NCBI GenBank assembly: GCA_002104905.1
Contig: MCFE01000263.1
Location: 44,382-108,381 of the forward strand
Reading direction: 5' to 3'
Length of the DNA stretch: 64,000 nucleotides
Source: Basidiobolus meristosporus CBS 931.73
Lineage: Eukaryota; Fungi; Basidiobolomycota
Positions 61,796 to 64,000 of this stretch are shown in pieces. The translations under genes and the position numbers were made by a program. Below the pieces are notes generated by a model. It saw only the letters and a program-made list of their open reading frames with translations. It searched no databases and had not been told where the DNA came from. The first letter of the stretch is position 1, and each line of letters begins with the position of its first letter.

Positions 61796-64000
61796 CTACT
61801 GTTGTAGCTTTGATATAAGAGTGTGTAGCTGAGGGGAATTTGTAGGTAAGTTAATAAGAAGTGATGATAGTTCTTCAGTGCTCAAGACACTGTTCAGTGG
61901 GAAGGGGGGTAGCAAGAGAGGTAAGAATGCCTTGTGAACAACATTAATGAGGGGAATGTGATAAGGATTGATATTCATCATAAAGGGAGTGTGCTGCTGC
62001 AGATATTGCTGCCAAAGGTCTGTCAAGTACTTCAGGTAGGCCAGCTTGGGTTTTTCTGACTGCAGAATATAGTGAGCAAACTTCTTGACTTCAGGATCTC
62101 CAAGTATAGCTCTCCAGCAGGAGTCAGGTGTTGTGTGGTGTGTTCTCTTCCAGGCCTTAATCAGTGGGTTGTTGCAGTTGTGAAGTCTGAGGTATAATCT
62201 GGTTCTAAGGTAGAGAAGTCTGATCTTATAGGGCATAAACCCAAAAGCACCAAGAATAGCATGTCTGTAGGGGCATTCAGGCAAATGAGGCACCAAAGAG
62301 GTAATGCACCATACTGCAAACTTGTCAAGCTTAGTGCAGTCTCTAGAAGTAAGAGAGAGAAGTGGTAAGCCAAGTTCCAGGACAGGGAAGACAAACTGCT
62401 TGAGTAGAAGGAGGCAGCTGGGAGCTGAAGTTGTAGGAGGAGTAACAGCCAGTAGCTTGTGGAGTGCCTGTCTTGCCAGGATAATTCTCTTCTTCAGGTG
62501 TGCTCCAGAGTCTAGTCCAGTAGGAAGGAAAGGAAAGCCAAGATATGTAGCAGAAACCTGAGCAGGTAGAGTGGAGCTCTCCAAGCTGATGGGAGAGCCC
62601 AAAGGTACTGTCTTTGCAATGGAAAGCTGGAGATTATTCTTCTGCAGATACTGGTGGATGGTCTGGGAGTCTTGTTGCACATTGGAGGAGGATATTCTGA
62701 TGTCATCAGCAAAGAGAGTAACCAGGCAGTCAGCTGAGAGTCTTGGGAAATCATTCAGGAAGATGGCAAACAGTATAGGACCAAGCACAGAGCCTTGAAC
62801 CACTCCATTAGGAACTGAGAACACAGCTGATTGCTCACATGGGTGCAGAATTCTTGCTTGTGGATCCAGAAACAGAGACCTGACAAGGAGGGTGAGAGAG
62901 GTACTGGAGAAGCATTGCAACTTGTACCAAAGCAGATTTCTGTCAACTGAATCAAAGGCCTTAGTAATGTCAAACAGAACAGAGGGATACTTGCACTGGA
63001 GAGAGTGATCTTGGCTAAGTATGACTGCATATTCCAAGGAGAGGCCAGGAACAAAGCCAAACTGTGCAGGATGAAACTTGAGGGAGTCAGAGTAGAGCTC
63101 CTGAGCAAGCAGAAGCTCAAACACCTTTCTGCAGGTGGGCAGCAGAGATATTAGCCTGTAGGAGCTAGGATCCAGGTGCTTTCCTTTACCCTTGTACAGT
63201 GGCAGAACATTTGCAAAGGACCATTCCTCAGGAGTAGAAAGCTGGGCTGAGCATTGCTGAAACAGTGGAAGCAGAAGTGCAGACATGGCCTTGGTACTAG
63301 TCTTCAGAAGCTCATAAGAGATTGTGTCCACACCTGGAGCAGTAGAGTTGGGAAGCCTCTTGAGCACATTATGGATTCTCCTTTGATCAAGTGCAAGTGG
63401 GATGGGCAGAGTCTTGAAGTCAGGATGAAAGCCAGGAGTTGAGTACTGCTTTGTAGAGAAGATGTTAGCCAGCTGTTCTGTTGAAGGTAACCTCCTGGAA
63501 GAGGGCCTCATTGCCCCGTAGAGTCTTGATACTGTTCTTGTTATAGAGTTGGAAGATTGCAGAGGCAAAGAACTCATAATATGATCCCAGAGCTGAGCAT
63601 GCAGAGTGTGGTGAATTGCCTTGGAGTGGTGTATTGCTGTCAAGAGGAGTTTCTCTGTTTTTGGGTTAGGGAAACTCAGGTAGCTTTGTTGCAGGGCTGA
63701 AACAATGGATTCCCATTTTCTTGAGGTAACAGCAGTAGTCTTGCATGGCAGTGAGAGGGAGGCAGACACCAGAATTAGATGCTTCACAAAGAGCCAGGCA
63801 TAGTTGAGATCATCTGGCAGAGAAAGTAGCAAACTGGCAAGCTTCAAGTAGTTCCCAAAGTCTTTCTTCTGATTCTTGGTAGCTTTGTGGGTGAGCACAG
63901 TAAGTTTTGGCAGCTTCTTCTTCACAACTGGTTGCATAGAAAGGGACCAGGCTGGGTGGTCAGAGGCTCTCAAGGATCCTAGCTCAGCTCCAGAGAATTG
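61796..64000 (-). mobile_element. Non-LTR (LINE) retrotransposon ORF2: RT, frame open to the window edge
   Basis: APGVDTI, SYRLISLL..RKVFE, QFGF, DITKAFDSV, QGSVLGP.LF, FADD, YLG. SDH near the window edge matches the C-terminal motif of an APE endonuclease. Confidence 0.92.

Noticed and set aside
61796-64000. Endonuclease-less Penelope/Athena-type telomeric retroelement
   Set aside because: The RT motifs are LINE-type, and an APE-like SDH motif lies at the window edge.

Overview
Eukaryotic DNA from an intron-rich fungus, probably an early-diverging lineage (inference from short introns and gene content). The window has three parts. (1) About 1-9880 is a CpG-depleted graveyard of nested transposon relics: a Ty3/gypsy gag-protease with a candidate LTR, two Ty1/copia LTRs, and an unclassified repeat family present as an inverted pair. 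(2) About 11500-58550 is a dense, CpG-rich block of housekeeping genes: PSR1-like phosphatase, CCT3, class IV chitin synthase, glycerol kinase, QTRT2, an uncharacterised membrane protein, SPT23/MGA2, CreC/WDR20, SUB2, two tandem pyruvate kinases, SWI1/ARID1, CCC2, HBS1, beta-COP and BiP/KAR2. (3) About 59050-64000 is a second CpG-depleted block: tail-to-tail copia LTRs, a copia RT-RNaseH remnant, and an open LINE RT whose 3' end carries telomere-type TTAGGG repeats. The most notable observations are the CDS-only homogenisation of the pyruvate kinase pair, the sharp TE-specific CpG loss, the telomeric motif at the LINE 3' end, and a shared beta-COP/BiP promoter with HSE plus ERSE/UPRE-like elements. 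Exon boundaries and counts were worked out by eye and are approximate.
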